Shown: positions 25,963 through 39,095, counted from the first letter of the whole stretch. The stretch is 63,720 bases of DNA, filler included, from Lama guanicoe (GCA_013239625.1; 186 parts of 186 records of this genome joined end to end with filler, not necessarily neighbours in it), one strand, 5' to 3'. Notes: a model not told the origin generated them from the sequence alone. Translations and numbers: made by a program.

Positions 25963-26152
25963 NNNNNNNNNNNNNNNNNNNNNNNNNNNNNNNNNNNNNN
26001 NNNNNNTTAATTAATTAANNNNNNNNNNNNNNNNNNNNNNNNNNNNNNNNNNNNNNNNNNNNTTTGTAGTTTTGTGTTTGTTGTGAACTCATGTAAAGGG
26101 ATGGACCTTATTTTGGTGGGGAGGTCACTGTGATTTTTTAAAGTGTCCCTAT

Positions 26153-26304
26153 TACAGCCATTATGGAAAACAGTATGGACAGTCCTTAAAGAAACTAAAA
26201 GTAGACTTACATATGATCCAGCCATCCCACTCTTGGGCATATATCTGGAGGAGACGCTACTTTAAAAAGATACATGCACCCCAATGTTCATAGCAGCACT
26301 ATTT
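26153..26304 (+). mobile_element. LINE-1 ORF2 C-terminal fragment
   Basis: cagccattatggaaaacagtatgg...atatgatccagccatcccactcttgggcatatatc...caatgttcatagcagcactattt. Confidence 0.92.
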
Positions 26305-27433
26305 NNNNNNNNNNNNNNNNNNNNNNNNNNNNNNNNNNNNNNNNNNNNTTAATTAATTAANNNNNNNNNNNNNNNNNNNNNNNNNNNNNNNNNNNNNNNN
26401 NNNNTGGGAGGGTTGGGGGGGTCTCCCCTCTCTGCAAAGTCCTTACCAGATTCCAAGCCTTTTACATGCGTTATCTATTTTGTCTTCATGTCATTCCTGA
26501 GAGAGAATCAATTCTTTGAGTCCTAAACCCTTTTCCCCCAATGGAGAGCACGTATTTCTCCAGAATCTCCACGGAGGTGTAGACAGAACCCCAGTCCGTT
26601 GGCCAGTGAAGACAAGGCCTGAGCAGCCAAGGGGAAGTAAGATGAAGNNNNNNNNNNNNNNNNNNNNNNNNNNNNNNNNNNNNNNNNNNNNTTAATTAAT
26701 TAANNNNNNNNNNNNNNNNNNNNNNNNNNNNNNNNNNNNNNNNNNNNGGGGAATCTCTTCCTTGGACCTCTGGCAACAGATATTCTACATTTGCTGTCTT
26801 AGTGTTTCTTTTTCTGTCTTGTATGGTGCTAATTTGCTGAACTGTATGAGCAGAGCAGGTGTTACTTTCTTTGCATCCTTTGCAGTTTCTAACTCCCCCC
26901 AGTGGTAGGCTATCTGCTACCCATTGAAAGAATCAATGAATGTCTGAAGGTACGGATTGCAGAGCAGACCTAGGTTGGGGCTAACCAAACNNNNNNNNNN
27001 NNNNNNNNNNNNNNNNNNNNNNNNNNNNNNNNNNTTAATTAATTAANNNNNNNNNNNNNNNNNNNNNNNNNNNNNNNNNNNNNNNNNNNNATGCACAGGT
27101 CCCGAGGAGGGCTGAGATGCTGCACTCTGCTCTGGACCCTGAGAAGGCTGTCTTGCCCTTCACCTCCTGGTCCCCATGTCCTGCTTAACCCCTGCAGACC
27201 AGCATCTTAACTGGACACCACCGTCACCAATGCTGCGAGACAGGAAGAGAGCTTCCATCGTAATAGAAGTGTTCTGGTTGAGTGTATTTGGTATCAACCA
27301 AGTGTAATGCAAGGGAACCACGTCTGCTTATTGNNNNNNNNNNNNNNNNNNNNNNNNNNNNNNNNNNNNNNNNNNNNTTAATTAATTAANNNNNNNNNNN
27401 NNNNNNNNNNNNNNNNNNNNNNNNNNNNNNNNN

Positions 27434-27676
27434 AGAAAGAGAAAGAAAATACCATATCACTTAGATGTGGAACTAAAAAAAAGGATACAGATGAGCTTAT
27501 TTACAAAACAGAAACAGATTCACAGACATAGAGAACAATCTGATGGTTACCAAGAGGGAAGATGGGGGTTAGAGGAATAAAGTGGAAGTCTGGGATAAGG
27601 AGATACAAACTACTATATATAAAATAGACAACAAGGTCCTACTGTAGAGCACAGGGGACTGTATTCAATATCTTGT
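27434..27676 (+). mobile_element. LINE-1 3' UTR (artiodactyl type)
   Basis: gatacagatgagcttatttacaaaacagaaacagattcacagacatagagaacaa...caacaaggtcctactgtagagcacaggg. Confidence 0.88.
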
Positions 27677-28462
27677 NNNNNNNNNNNNNNNNNNNNNNNN
27701 NNNNNNNNNNNNNNNNNNNNTTAATTAATTAANNNNNNNNNNNNNNNNNNNNNNNNNNNNNNNNNNNNNNNNNNNNAAAAATGAAAAAAGTCAGGGGGGC
27801 TTAGAATAGAAAAAAAAGAATAAAAATTCATATCTACTAAGGTAAATTGGGATTTTAAACATTAAACTTAAATTTTAATGAAAAAAATTACAATTTAATA
27901 AAAGACTTAAAATAAATCAAGGCCAATAAACATAATGAACATAGACACAAAAGTCCCCCAAAAATGTCATTAATTAAGGAAATTGAGAAAGATACAAATA
28001 AATAGAAAGATATTTCATGNNNNNNNNNNNNNNNNNNNNNNNNNNNNNNNNNNNNNNNNNNNNTTAATTAATTAANNNNNNNNNNNNNNNNNNNNNNNNN
28101 NNNNNNNNNNNNNNNNNNNGATGGAGTTGCTTCAGGTTTCTAGATTTTTGTTTTAACATTTGTGTTGAGTACTTTCTCCAGGCTGATGTTTCCGGTTGGA
28201 TTTGTGGAAAGTGTAGAAGGGAAACGAATGCTTTGTTTTCTTTTCAGGAGGCCTGAGTTGCTGATGAGAAAAGAGTTGCGGTTGGGCTGAGGAACAGAGT
28301 GACACTCCTCCCGGCTGAAATCGATGAACAATGAAATCAATTATGTGTATCGGTATTTGACCNNNNNNNNNNNNNNNNNNNNNNNNNNNNNNNNNNNNNN
28401 NNNNNNTTAATTAATTAANNNNNNNNNNNNNNNNNNNNNNNNNNNNNNNNNNNNNNNNNNNN

Positions 28463-28705
28463 TTGTGAATGTCACCCTATGTGACCAAAGCAACTTGGCA
28501 AATACCAGTAAGTTACAGATTTTGCGGTGGGGCGATTATCCTAGATTAGGTAGGGGGCCCTAATGGGGTCAAAGTGTCCTTATAAAGGAGACAGAGGCAG
28601 ATCTGACTGCACAGCAGAGGAGACAGTGATGTGACCATGCAGCTTCTGGCTCTGAGGCTGGAGCTGTCGACCACGGAATGCAAGGAGTACAGCTCTCAAA
28701 GCTGG
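28463..28705 (+). mobile_element. MLT1 (ERVL-MaLR) LTR fragment, MLT1C/D-like
   Basis: tgtgaatgtcaccctatgtg...gattatcctagatta..gggccctaat..gtgtccttataaagg. Confidence 0.8.
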
Positions 28706-28805
28706 NNNNNNNNNNNNNNNNNNNNNNNNNNNNNNNNNNNNNNNNNNNNTTAATTAATTAANNNNNNNNNNNNNNNNNNNNNNNNNNNNNNNNNNNNNNN
28801 NNNNN

Positions 28806-28980
28806 CACTATTTACAGTAGCCAAGACATGGAGACAGCCTAAATGTCCATCAACTGATGACTGGCTAAAGAAGTGGTATATTTATACAATGGAATATTCC
28901 TCGGCCATAAACACTGACAATATAGGGCCATTTGCAACAACATGGTTGCTCCTGGAGAATGTCATTCTAAGTTAAGTAAG
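28806..28980 (+). mobile_element. LINE-1 ORF2 C-terminus
   Basis: cactatttacagtagccaagacatgg..cctaaatgtccatcaac...ccatttgcaacaacatgg..cattctaagt. Confidence 0.9.
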
Positions 28981-29834
28981 CACAGTAACAAGGAATAAAG
29001 AGAAGTTACCCCCAGGTAGTTATTTTGATTAAAATATCCACACAGAAANNNNNNNNNNNNNNNNNNNNNNNNNNNNNNNNNNNNNNNNNNNNTTAATTAA
29101 TTAANNNNNNNNNNNNNNNNNNNNNNNNNNNNNNNNNNNNNNNNNNNNCTGGGGGAGGGGCCTCAGGACCCTCTGGGCAGTGCCGGCTGCAGCACAGGGG
29201 CCTTGGCAGAGATTTTCCGCTCCTTGGAGGAGAGGTCTGGTTCATGGGAGGATTTGCTTCTACCTCCTTAACAGAAGACATCCGGAACCTCAGATTTTTT
29301 ATCAGTCAAAATGTGATTCTCCACCCCCACACCCTTTTAAACTATCATTGAGCAAAGGGAGATTCCTGCAGGCCCACAGTTGGAAAAATAANNNNNNNNN
29401 NNNNNNNNNNNNNNNNNNNNNNNNNNNNNNNNNNNTTAATTAATTAANNNNNNNNNNNNNNNNNNNNNNNNNNNNNNNNNNNNNNNNNNNNTTATAAAAA
29501 TAATGCCTCAATGTACATTATACATTTCTTTGATATGTATGTTTATACACAGTATTGTCACTCTAAAAGATGGACATTTTAACTGTGTGTATTTAGTATC
29601 TGCCTTTCTTATGTTAACTGATTGTTTTGCATTCACTTAACTTTTCAAATTTTAGCACCAAATGTGGGAAATTACATATAGACATTTTTCTCCATATTGG
29701 TAATTGTAAACTTACTGTAAGAGTTTTTTTTTTTNNNNNNNNNNNNNNNNNNNNNNNNNNNNNNNNNNNNNNNNNNNNTTAATTAATTAANNNNNNNNNN
29801 NNNNNNNNNNNNNNNNNNNNNNNNNNNNNNNNNN

Positions 29835-30077
29835 GGACGTCAGCGATCAAGGTGTGGGCAGGTCTGGTTTTCCCTGAGGCCTCCCTCCTTGGCAAGCAGG
29901 TGGCCGTCTGCTCCCTGTGTCCTCTGTGGCCACACTTCTGCAAGTGTCTGTGTGCTCAGCTCCTCTGCTTAAAGAAAATCATCGGTCAGGTTGGACGAGG
30001 ACCCCCTGCAAAGACCTCAGTTTAACTCAATGACCTCTTTAAAGGTCCCAAGTCCACAATCTGAGGTACTGGGGGTA
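29835..30077 (-). mobile_element. MLT1 (MaLR) LTR fragment, MLT1B-like
   Basis: gatcaaggtgtgggcagg..ctgaggcctccctccttggc...gacctcagtttaact..acctctttaaagg..tctgaggtactggggg. Confidence 0.8.
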
Positions 30078-30177
30078 NNNNNNNNNNNNNNNNNNNNNNN
30101 NNNNNNNNNNNNNNNNNNNNNTTAATTAATTAANNNNNNNNNNNNNNNNNNNNNNNNNNNNNNNNNNNNNNNNNNNN

Positions 30178-30420
30178 ATTCTGTATTCTACATTCTATAT
30201 TCTATATTCAATATTCTAAATTCTGTGTTCTGAATTGCATGTTCTAAATTCTGGGTTCTGAATTATGTATTCTTTATTCTATATTCTGTGTTCTACAATC
30301 TGTGTACTACATTCTATATTCTGTATTCTGTATTCTATATTCAATAGTCAGTGTTCTACATTCTGTATTCTATATTCGATATTCTGTATCCTGTATTCTA
30401 TATTCATTATTCTGTGTTCT
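30178..30420 (+). repeat. Diverged heptamer satellite, consensus (ATTCTRT)n, about 35 units in unbroken 7-bp phase
   Basis: attctgt attctac attctat attctat attcaat attctaa attctgt gttctga... fills the whole contig. Confidence 0.93.
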
Positions 30421-30520
30421 NNNNNNNNNNNNNNNNNNNNNNNNNNNNNNNNNNNNNNNNNNNNTTAATTAATTAANNNNNNNNNNNNNNNNNNNNNNNN
30501 NNNNNNNNNNNNNNNNNNNN

Positions 30521-30763
30521 TTGGTGCAGCCACTATGGAAAACAGCTTGTAGAGTCCTCAAAAAACTAAAAATAATTTTTACTAACATATGATCCAGCAA
30601 TACCACTCTTGCATAGTAGTTTGAAGAAATCAAATCAAAACAAAACAAAACAAAAACACCAACCCCCTCAAAACCCACTATTAGAAAAGATATATGCACT
30701 TCTATGTTCATTGCAGCATTATTTACAATAGTCAAGATATGGGAGCAACCTAAGTGCCCATCA
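30521..30763 (+). mobile_element. LINE-1 ORF2 C-terminal fragment
   Basis: ttggtgcagccactatggaaaacag...atatgatccagcaataccactc...atgttcattgcagcattatttacaatag. Confidence 0.9.
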
Positions 30764-31206
30764 NNNNNNNNNNNNNNNNNNNNNNNNNNNNNNNNNNNNN
30801 NNNNNNNTTAATTAATTAANNNNNNNNNNNNNNNNNNNNNNNNNNNNNNNNNNNNNNNNNNNNAATTTTTGAACCTTAAACAGATGTCTGCCCCCTAGTC
30901 CTTGCTGAAAGGATAGGAATAATGAGGATCCCTTCAAATGTAGTTTTGTCTGTTATCCCTCTCTGTCAAACACACCCCAATTTTTAACATTAATTTTTCA
31001 AAAGTCAGCTTTGATTTCTTTTTATCAAAGTTATACCATACAATCATTAAAGAGAAAAACAGTTCTCGAACACCAATTGTAAAAAGAGCAGTTCCCAACA
31101 ACCGCCNNNNNNNNNNNNNNNNNNNNNNNNNNNNNNNNNNNNNNNNNNNNTTAATTAATTAANNNNNNNNNNNNNNNNNNNNNNNNNNNNNNNNNNNNNN
31201 NNNNNN

Positions 31207-31372
31207 GTAATCAATTAAAAATTACTAATGAAATATTTTACATCCTTTATTTGTAGCATGTCTGTCAATATCCATTTTGTACTTTACACTTAGGGCACAT
31301 CTCAGTTGGTACTAGTCTTATTTCAAGCACTCACTAGTCTCATGAAGCTAGTAGCCACTGTCTTGGGCATTC
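31207..31372. mobile_element. MER3/MER33-like fragment, in a near-duplicate of contig 4460..4702
   Basis: Contig 31207..31449 aligns gap-free to 4460..4702 with 11 substitutions. Confidence 0.75.
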
Positions 31373-33266
31373 CAACTCTGGAATCTACAAACCTGTCCTG
31401 AATTCTGAGTTCCACAGCTGGAATCCAACTGCTACTAAGATCTAACATTNNNNNNNNNNNNNNNNNNNNNNNNNNNNNNNNNNNNNNNNNNNNTTAATTA
31501 ATTAANNNNNNNNNNNNNNNNNNNNNNNNNNNNNNNNNNNNNNNNNNNNTTCACAACGTCTGTCTCTCCTCACTATACTATAATCCCCTCAAGGCTGGGG
31601 CCTCATTTGCCCTAGCCCCCAGCTCAGTGCCTGGCACACATAAGTGTCTAAAACAATTGTCACCTGACTGATTCTTTTTCGTTCCTAATGAGAACAGGCT
31701 TCATTGTTTGACCTCTCAGAAAATCAGCTCTTTAGAAGGTAAGTTTCATGGGGGCAGGAATTATTGTCAATTTTATGCACTGTGCGAGCCTGNNNNNNNN
31801 NNNNNNNNNNNNNNNNNNNNNNNNNNNNNNNNNNNNTTAATTAATTAANNNNNNNNNNNNNNNNNNNNNNNNNNNNNNNNNNNNNNNNNNNNGTGGGAAA
31901 GTGTGCTGTGCGGCCTGGGAATGAGTTAGGGGGTTGGCGCCATTGCCATGATCGTCCCATGAGACCCCGCGGCCAGGTGATGCTGGGGACAGAGCTCAGG
32001 TTTGGGAAAACCTGGATCCAGGACATCAGACGAGTTACTCCCCCATCTGGGCTCCTCTCCTGTGAAGTGAAGATGGTCTCAAATTCCCAAACTCCCCGGG
32101 TCACCCGGGAGCTCTCACTGTAGACCCAGCTCAGGNNNNNNNNNNNNNNNNNNNNNNNNNNNNNNNNNNNNNNNNNNNNTTAATTAATTAANNNNNNNNN
32201 NNNNNNNNNNNNNNNNNNNNNNNNNNNNNNNNNNNAGTTCCTACAAGATATTAAATATAGTTCCCTGTGCTATACGGTATAAACTTGTTTATCCATTTTA
32301 TATATATCAGTTAGTATCTGCAAATCTTCAGCCTGTTTCTTTATCTTCACATTCATAAAAGTAACCCCTACTTTTCAGAGTATTTGTCAGGAGTAATGTC
32401 AACCAGGGCTAACATTTATTAAGCACCTCTATGTACTACACAGAGTGCTAGCTAAGCTCTTGATATGTAAATTTTTTTNNNNNNNNNNNNNNNNNNNNNN
32501 NNNNNNNNNNNNNNNNNNNNNNTTAATTAATTAANNNNNNNNNNNNNNNNNNNNNNNNNNNNNNNNNNNNNNNNNNNNTGTACAGTTTGCAGCCAGGCCA
32601 GCTGACTCCCTGCTGTGAGGTCTAGCTGAGAGTGAAGGGCTGGGTGACGGGGAGACCCCACCCACACTGAGGACTTCGGACTGTGAGAGCTGAGCAACAG
32701 GGAGACCCCACCCATCCATGTGGATGTCCTCGTGCTGGGCAGTGTGACAAGGGAGAGCTGAGCAAGCAGGCATGGGTGGTGCTGTGAGCAGCTTCAGGCT
32801 AGTGTGTGACGCCAGGAGGGCNNNNNNNNNNNNNNNNNNNNNNNNNNNNNNNNNNNNNNNNNNNNTTAATTAATTAANNNNNNNNNNNNNNNNNNNNNNN
32901 NNNNNNNNNNNNNNNNNNNNNTGTCACGATGCTGCCTCTCAGCGCCGTCGAGGGCAAGGACACCGAGGAGGTGAAGACCACACCACCGGAGAAAGGAGGT
33001 GAGAGACACATGGGGTGAAAACTGTGCATGTGGTCGGGGGACAGTGTTCCTGGCACAGCTGACGGGGGAGGGCTGACCCCCTACTATGTCCCACTGAGCC
33101 CTCTGTCTTCTCTGAGGAAACGGGACAGTTCTGGGTAGGCGTCCCCTGCCTGACACAGGCAGCTNNNNNNNNNNNNNNNNNNNNNNNNNNNNNNNNNNNN
33201 NNNNNNNNTTAATTAATTAANNNNNNNNNNNNNNNNNNNNNNNNNNNNNNNNNNNNNNNNNNNNCT

Positions 33267-33401
33267 TTTTATACCATTGTAATTCCCATGCTGAATCCCA
33301 TCATTTATAGTTTGAGGAACAAAGATGTCAAAGAGTCAATGCAGAAAGTGTTTGGGAAACATTGGTTTATCAATAAAGTGTATTTTCACAGTAAAAATTA
33401 A
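33267..33401 (+). CDS. Olfactory receptor, family 5 (OR5T-like), TM7 to stop codon; 5' partial
   Basis: [44 protein letters not shown]. Has the canonical PMLNPxIYSLRN motif; the tail INKVYFH resembles recalled OR5T2. Confidence 0.9.
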   Translation, partial: FYTIVIPMLNPIIYSLRNKDVKESMQKVFGKHWFINKVYFHSKN

Positions 33402-34636
33402 ATTAAAAAATTGAGAATGATGCTCTGTGTCTCAACATCAAGAAGACATAGTGAAAATGCTTTCAGTTTATTAATGTATTTCTGTTTTTCCTGGATATTA
33501 TAATATANNNNNNNNNNNNNNNNNNNNNNNNNNNNNNNNNNNNNNNNNNNNTTAATTAATTAANNNNNNNNNNNNNNNNNNNNNNNNNNNNNNNNNNNNN
33601 NNNNNNNCAGGGCTTACTTGCTGAATAAAACAAATTTATTAATAACTAAACATGTCCTAAATATTGATAAGCTTGAAAATAAAAATTAATTTTTAAAAGC
33701 ATACGGTTCAATGAAGAAATAAAAAAGTGAAACAAAATAATGAAATGTTCCACATCAGCCGTTATTAATTTAGGTTTTTCACTTTTCGGCTGTAACAAAC
33801 CTACTAAAATCAAATGGTTAAACTGCATGAAAGCATATATATATATATATNNNNNNNNNNNNNNNNNNNNNNNNNNNNNNNNNNNNNNNNNNNNTTAATT
33901 AATTAANNNNNNNNNNNNNNNNNNNNNNNNNNNNNNNNNNNNNNNNNNNNTATGTTTGTTCATATGAGAGAGTCCAGTGATGTAATGGCAAAGAATAAAG
34001 AAACTGTTATTCTCCCTAATAGCTGAGAAAGATGAAAATGTGTAATATCTAAGGCAAGAGATTAAAAATAGCATACTGAGGATTCAAGCAAATCAATTTT
34101 TTTCAAAACTACAGGAACTCTGTTCCAAGAGGAAAAACAAACTTCTCAAAGCCATCTAGTCATCAAAAATAAATAAGGAAACAAATGGAACAANNNNNNN
34201 NNNNNNNNNNNNNNNNNNNNNNNNNNNNNNNNNNNNNTTAATTAATTAANNNNNNNNNNNNNNNNNNNNNNNNNNNNNNNNNNNNNNNNNNNNCTCAGAG
34301 AGTGGTGGGTGGGCAGAAGGGTCCAGAAGTCACTGAGGGTCCGAGCATAGAGCAAGGGGCAGTGGGGCCCAAACCCCCGTGTGCTGCCCACACCAACAGC
34401 ACTGCACTCTCACACCTGCTCACATGCTCAGACACGTGCCCTCCACACAGGCTGGGCCCCTGCACGACCACAGCACCCCTCACCACCCACACACGTCTAT
34501 ACTGTCTGCCACTCAGACAGACTGACTGCATCTACANNNNNNNNNNNNNNNNNNNNNNNNNNNNNNNNNNNNNNNNNNNNTTAATTAATTAANNNNNNNN
34601 NNNNNNNNNNNNNNNNNNNNNNNNNNNNNNNNNNNN

Positions 34637-34879
34637 TATGTTACCTTACACATAGTAAACAACCAAACCAAACCAAAACCCTTGCTGATATGACTTAAAT
34701 TCAGGATTCTGAGATGCAGGAGATTATCTTGGTTGATCCATGTGGGCCTGATGCAATCATATGTGTCCTTATAAGAGACAGGGTGATGTGATGATGGAAG
34801 CGGAGAGGGAGGAGAAGATGCTGGGGCTGTTGGCCTGGAAGATGGAGGACAGGACCATGAGCCAAGGGATGCACGCAGC
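34637..34879 (+). mobile_element. MLT1D-like MaLR LTR fragment
   Basis: tatgttaccttaca...gagattatcttgg..gtgtccttataagag...gaagatggaggacaggaccatgagccaaggg. Confidence 0.82.
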
Positions 34880-36351
34880 NNNNNNNNNNNNNNNNNNNNN
34901 NNNNNNNNNNNNNNNNNNNNNNNTTAATTAATTAANNNNNNNNNNNNNNNNNNNNNNNNNNNNNNNNNNNNNNNNNNNNTAAGTGTGCCATACCTGGAAG
35001 ATAACAACAATCTAGGCAGAAGGATATTTTAAACAGGGAGAAACAAACAAAGGCCCTAAAACCAAGAATAAAGGTGACTCCAAGGGCGAGAACTTGAGTT
35101 TTACAATCAAAAGGGCATGAGTTTTGGATCTAAATAGATTTTGATGGAAAGCCTAGCTGTCTTATTTTCTAGCCTCTGACGTTTGACAATTTTATTTCAC
35201 TATTCTAAGCCTCAGTTCTCTCNNNNNNNNNNNNNNNNNNNNNNNNNNNNNNNNNNNNNNNNNNNNTTAATTAATTAANNNNNNNNNNNNNNNNNNNNNN
35301 NNNNNNNNNNNNNNNNNNNNNNAATATGCTAAAAAAGCTATATAACAGTAAAATGAAATGGAATACAATATTTTTTATAAACAAAAGTATGAATGTTAGC
35401 GGTTATTTAAAACCCAAATGTCCTGGATTTAAAAAAAACCCACATCTTAATATATATGAGGGACAAATTACATCACTTGAATTATGATCATGTGTTTGAA
35501 ATATTTTCCCGCAGGCAGACTGTTTGTCCACGAGTGGGCCCACCTCCGCTGGGGGGTGTTTGATGNNNNNNNNNNNNNNNNNNNNNNNNNNNNNNNNNNN
35601 NNNNNNNNNTTAATTAATTAANNNNNNNNNNNNNNNNNNNNNNNNNNNNNNNNNNNNNNNNNNNNCTAATTTTTAGAACTTAGGTGTAAAAGTTGTTCAT
35701 TGTGAAGCATCTTTTTAATCATTGGCTTATTTCTAGTTATATTATCCCCCACCAAAAAAGGAAAAGACTCTAGTCTTTGTCTTACCTGAAAGATGTTACA
35801 GACAGGAGACAGAGTGTGCTGTGTAGTGAAATACTTCAAAGGATTTATTTAGGAAAAGGAAAGTGCACCTCCAAGAAGGAGAAGTGAGCTGATCCAAGGG
35901 AGGAAACTNNNNNNNNNNNNNNNNNNNNNNNNNNNNNNNNNNNNNNNNNNNNTTAATTAATTAANNNNNNNNNNNNNNNNNNNNNNNNNNNNNNNNNNNN
36001 NNNNNNNNAGATTTAGCTGTATCTCCAAACTTCCCCATTAAGCCTTTCATGCACATTACTAACTGAAAACCAAGAAGACTGAATGTTTTCAATGTCTGGT
36101 ACGAACAGGATGCCATGACCTACACTGATGACTGTAAGACAGACACTTCAAGAACGATCTTAATTTCTGCTGTCTAAAGAGAAATACTTACAAACTTATA
36201 GTAACACACAGTTCTGTCAATTAGGTAGCTCTGTCATTCTAGTTTCCTGAGNNNNNNNNNNNNNNNNNNNNNNNNNNNNNNNNNNNNNNNNNNNNTTAAT
36301 TAATTAANNNNNNNNNNNNNNNNNNNNNNNNNNNNNNNNNNNNNNNNNNNN

Positions 36352-36524
36352 GGGGATATTTGGCCATGTCTGGAGACATTTCTGATTGTCATGACTGGGG
36401 TGCTGCTGGGATCCAGTGGGTCAAGGGCAGGGGAGCTGCTAATATCCTGCAATGACCAGAACAGTTCTTCACAGTAAAGTCATCTGGTCCAAAATGACCC
36501 CAGTGCCAAGCGTGAGAAATCCTG
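36352..36524. mobile_element. MER20 hAT-Charlie DNA transposon
   Basis: ggggatatttggccatgtctggagacatttctgattgtcatgactgggg...ccaaaatg..cagtgccaag..tgagaaatcctg (terminal end). Confidence 0.88.
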
Positions 36525-36694
36525 CACTAAGGTAATAAATGAAAAGCTCTGAGCACTAGCCTGGCACACAGGAACCAATAAACACACGATAGCANNNNNN
36601 NNNNNNNNNNNNNNNNNNNNNNNNNNNNNNNNNNNNNNTTAATTAATTAANNNNNNNNNNNNNNNNNNNNNNNNNNNNNNNNNNNNNNNNNNNN

Positions 36695-36937
36695 CAAGAT
36701 ACAATAAACCTCCTAGAAGAAAACATAGGCAAAACATTATCTCGCATACATCTCCCAGGGCAGTCTACCCAAGCAATAGAAATAAAAGCAAGATTAAACA
36801 AACGGGACCTAATTAAACTTACAAGCTTTTGCAAAACAAAGGAAACCATAAACAAAACAAAACAACAACCTACAGAACAGGAGAAAATTTTTGCAAAAGG
36901 TGAAACTGACAAAGGCTTAATCTCCAGAATATATAAG
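36695..36937 (+). mobile_element. LINE-1 ORF2 fragment
   Basis: DTINLLEENIGKTLS...AIEIKARLNKRDLIKLTSFCKTKETINKTKQQPTEQEKIFAKGETDKGLISRIYK. Confidence 0.95.
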
Positions 36938-37037
36938 NNNNNNNNNNNNNNNNNNNNNNNNNNNNNNNNNNNNNNNNNNNNTTAATTAATTAANNNNNNN
37001 NNNNNNNNNNNNNNNNNNNNNNNNNNNNNNNNNNNNN

Positions 37038-37280
37038 AGACTGGAAAAGATCACTTGTAAATCACATGTCTGACAAAAAGGACTTGTATTTGAGATGTAT
37101 ACAGAAGTCTCAAACTTAATAAGAAAGTGCTTGAAAAAGACAAGAAAAGATTTAAACATACACATTATAAAACAAGATATATGGATAATAAATAGCACAT
37201 AGTAATATATGGAAGAGTATTAGTCCTTAGTGAAATGCAAATTAAAACTACAATAATATATCACAACACATCTAACGGAT
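37038..37280 (+). mobile_element. Old LINE-1 ORF2 fragment
   Basis: tctgacaaaaaggacttgtatt...atatggataataaatagcacat...gaaatgcaaattaaaactacaata. Confidence 0.8.
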
Positions 37281-38805
37281 NNNNNNNNNNNNNNNNNNNN
37301 NNNNNNNNNNNNNNNNNNNNNNNNTTAATTAATTAANNNNNNNNNNNNNNNNNNNNNNNNNNNNNNNNNNNNNNNNNNNNAACACACATGTACCACTGGG
37401 TCCCGCTGCTCAGTGGTGAGAGCTCCGTGGCCGGGCCGGGCTGGGGGGTGGAGGGGGAGCAGACGTGGCCTGTAGATGATAATGGGAGCTGCTCATGGGG
37501 CCCAAGAGATTTCTGGAAGCTGAGACGGGATGTGATGGTGGGGAGAGAGGCCTCGTGAGGTACTCTGTATCAAGGATGGGTTCCTCAGTCCGTCTAAACC
37601 CAGCACTGCCAGTTGTGCTATGANNNNNNNNNNNNNNNNNNNNNNNNNNNNNNNNNNNNNNNNNNNNTTAATTAATTAANNNNNNNNNNNNNNNNNNNNN
37701 NNNNNNNNNNNNNNNNNNNNNNNGACTTAAAATATCTGCACTGAAACTAGTCAACAAAATGTGATCGAAGGACGACTTCACAATGGAACAGAATAAACAT
37801 AATTCTTGATGCTCAGTTCATGGTTTGATTGGATTAGATCATAGGAAATATGAGTCTTATACTTGTAAATTATAAACAGATGAAAAGAGGCAGCGGCTGA
37901 ACCAGATACCTTCCATCAACGCAAATATTAAAGCAGGATAAACAAGACTATTAGTGAACAGAATTTNNNNNNNNNNNNNNNNNNNNNNNNNNNNNNNNNN
38001 NNNNNNNNNNTTAATTAATTAANNNNNNNNNNNNNNNNNNNNNNNNNNNNNNNNNNNNNNNNNNNNAAAATATGATTCACCAAAATCCAAAGTATGTTTG
38101 ACAAAAGGAAAAAAATTGTAATGGCTCTTTCAGATAATGAAATCCTTTTTATTTTTATCCCAGAGTAAATGGAAACGTAGTGAGTTGAAACAATTCAGTA
38201 CATAAAAGAAATGTTTACTTCTATCTAAGTTGCATACAAGTGTTTTCCTATTAGAAATCCCCATTGATTAATAGAGAATATAAAAAATATGTTCTATGCA
38301 CAGATTAAANNNNNNNNNNNNNNNNNNNNNNNNNNNNNNNNNNNNNNNNNNNNTTAATTAATTAANNNNNNNNNNNNNNNNNNNNNNNNNNNNNNNNNNN
38401 NNNNNNNNNTTAGCCAAACCATCCACTAGACAACAGAAAGCAGACAGGGATCCCTGCCAAAATCCCCCAATTTAGATGACTGCAAATAGGATTGGAAAAG
38501 TCCTGGCATTGAGGTGGTGAGGAAATACACAGACTGAAATGGAAAGATGAGAGCCAGTGGGGCATAACTGCTTTAGAGGAAGATGTTCTCCAAAAAATTG
38601 GTCCATAGGAATCTCCTTAGAGCAGGCCTGCAGAAGGCTGGGTTTTTTAAGTNNNNNNNNNNNNNNNNNNNNNNNNNNNNNNNNNNNNNNNNNNNNTTAA
38701 TTAATTAANNNNNNNNNNNNNNNNNNNNNNNNNNNNNNNNNNNNNNNNNNNNGGTCAGTGACTGCAAGGCTGGAAGCGATGTGTGAGCAGAGATCTGTGG
38801 ACTGA

Positions 38806-38993
38806 CTCTTTCTTTCCTTCTTTTCTTTCCTTTTCTTTTCTTTTCTCTTTCTTCCTTTCTTTCTTTCTCTCTTTCTTTCTTTCTTCCTCTTTCTCTCTTT
38901 CTCTCTTTCTCTCTTCCTTCCTTCCCTTCTTTCCTTCTTTCCTTCCTTCCTTCCTTTCTCCCTTCTTCCTTTCTTTCTCCCTTCCTTCCTTTA
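38806..38993. repeat. Compound polypyrimidine microsatellite (CTTT/CCTT/CT)n
   Basis: About 185 bp composed only of C and T. Confidence 0.97.
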
Positions 38994-39095
38994 TTNNNNN
39001 NNNNNNNNNNNNNNNNNNNNNNNNNNNNNNNNNNNNNNNTTAATTAATTAANNNNNNNNNNNNNNNNNNNNNNNNNNNNNNNNNNNNNNNNNNNN

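Noticed and set aside
30265..30468. Cys/Ile/Leu/Tyr/Ser/Phe-rich membrane-like ORFs here and at 53509..53709
   Set aside because: Translations of the heptamer satellite
38783..39043. Phe/Ser/Leu-rich ORF, and the His/Pro/Ser/Ile ORF at 49677..49970
   Set aside because: Microsatellite translations
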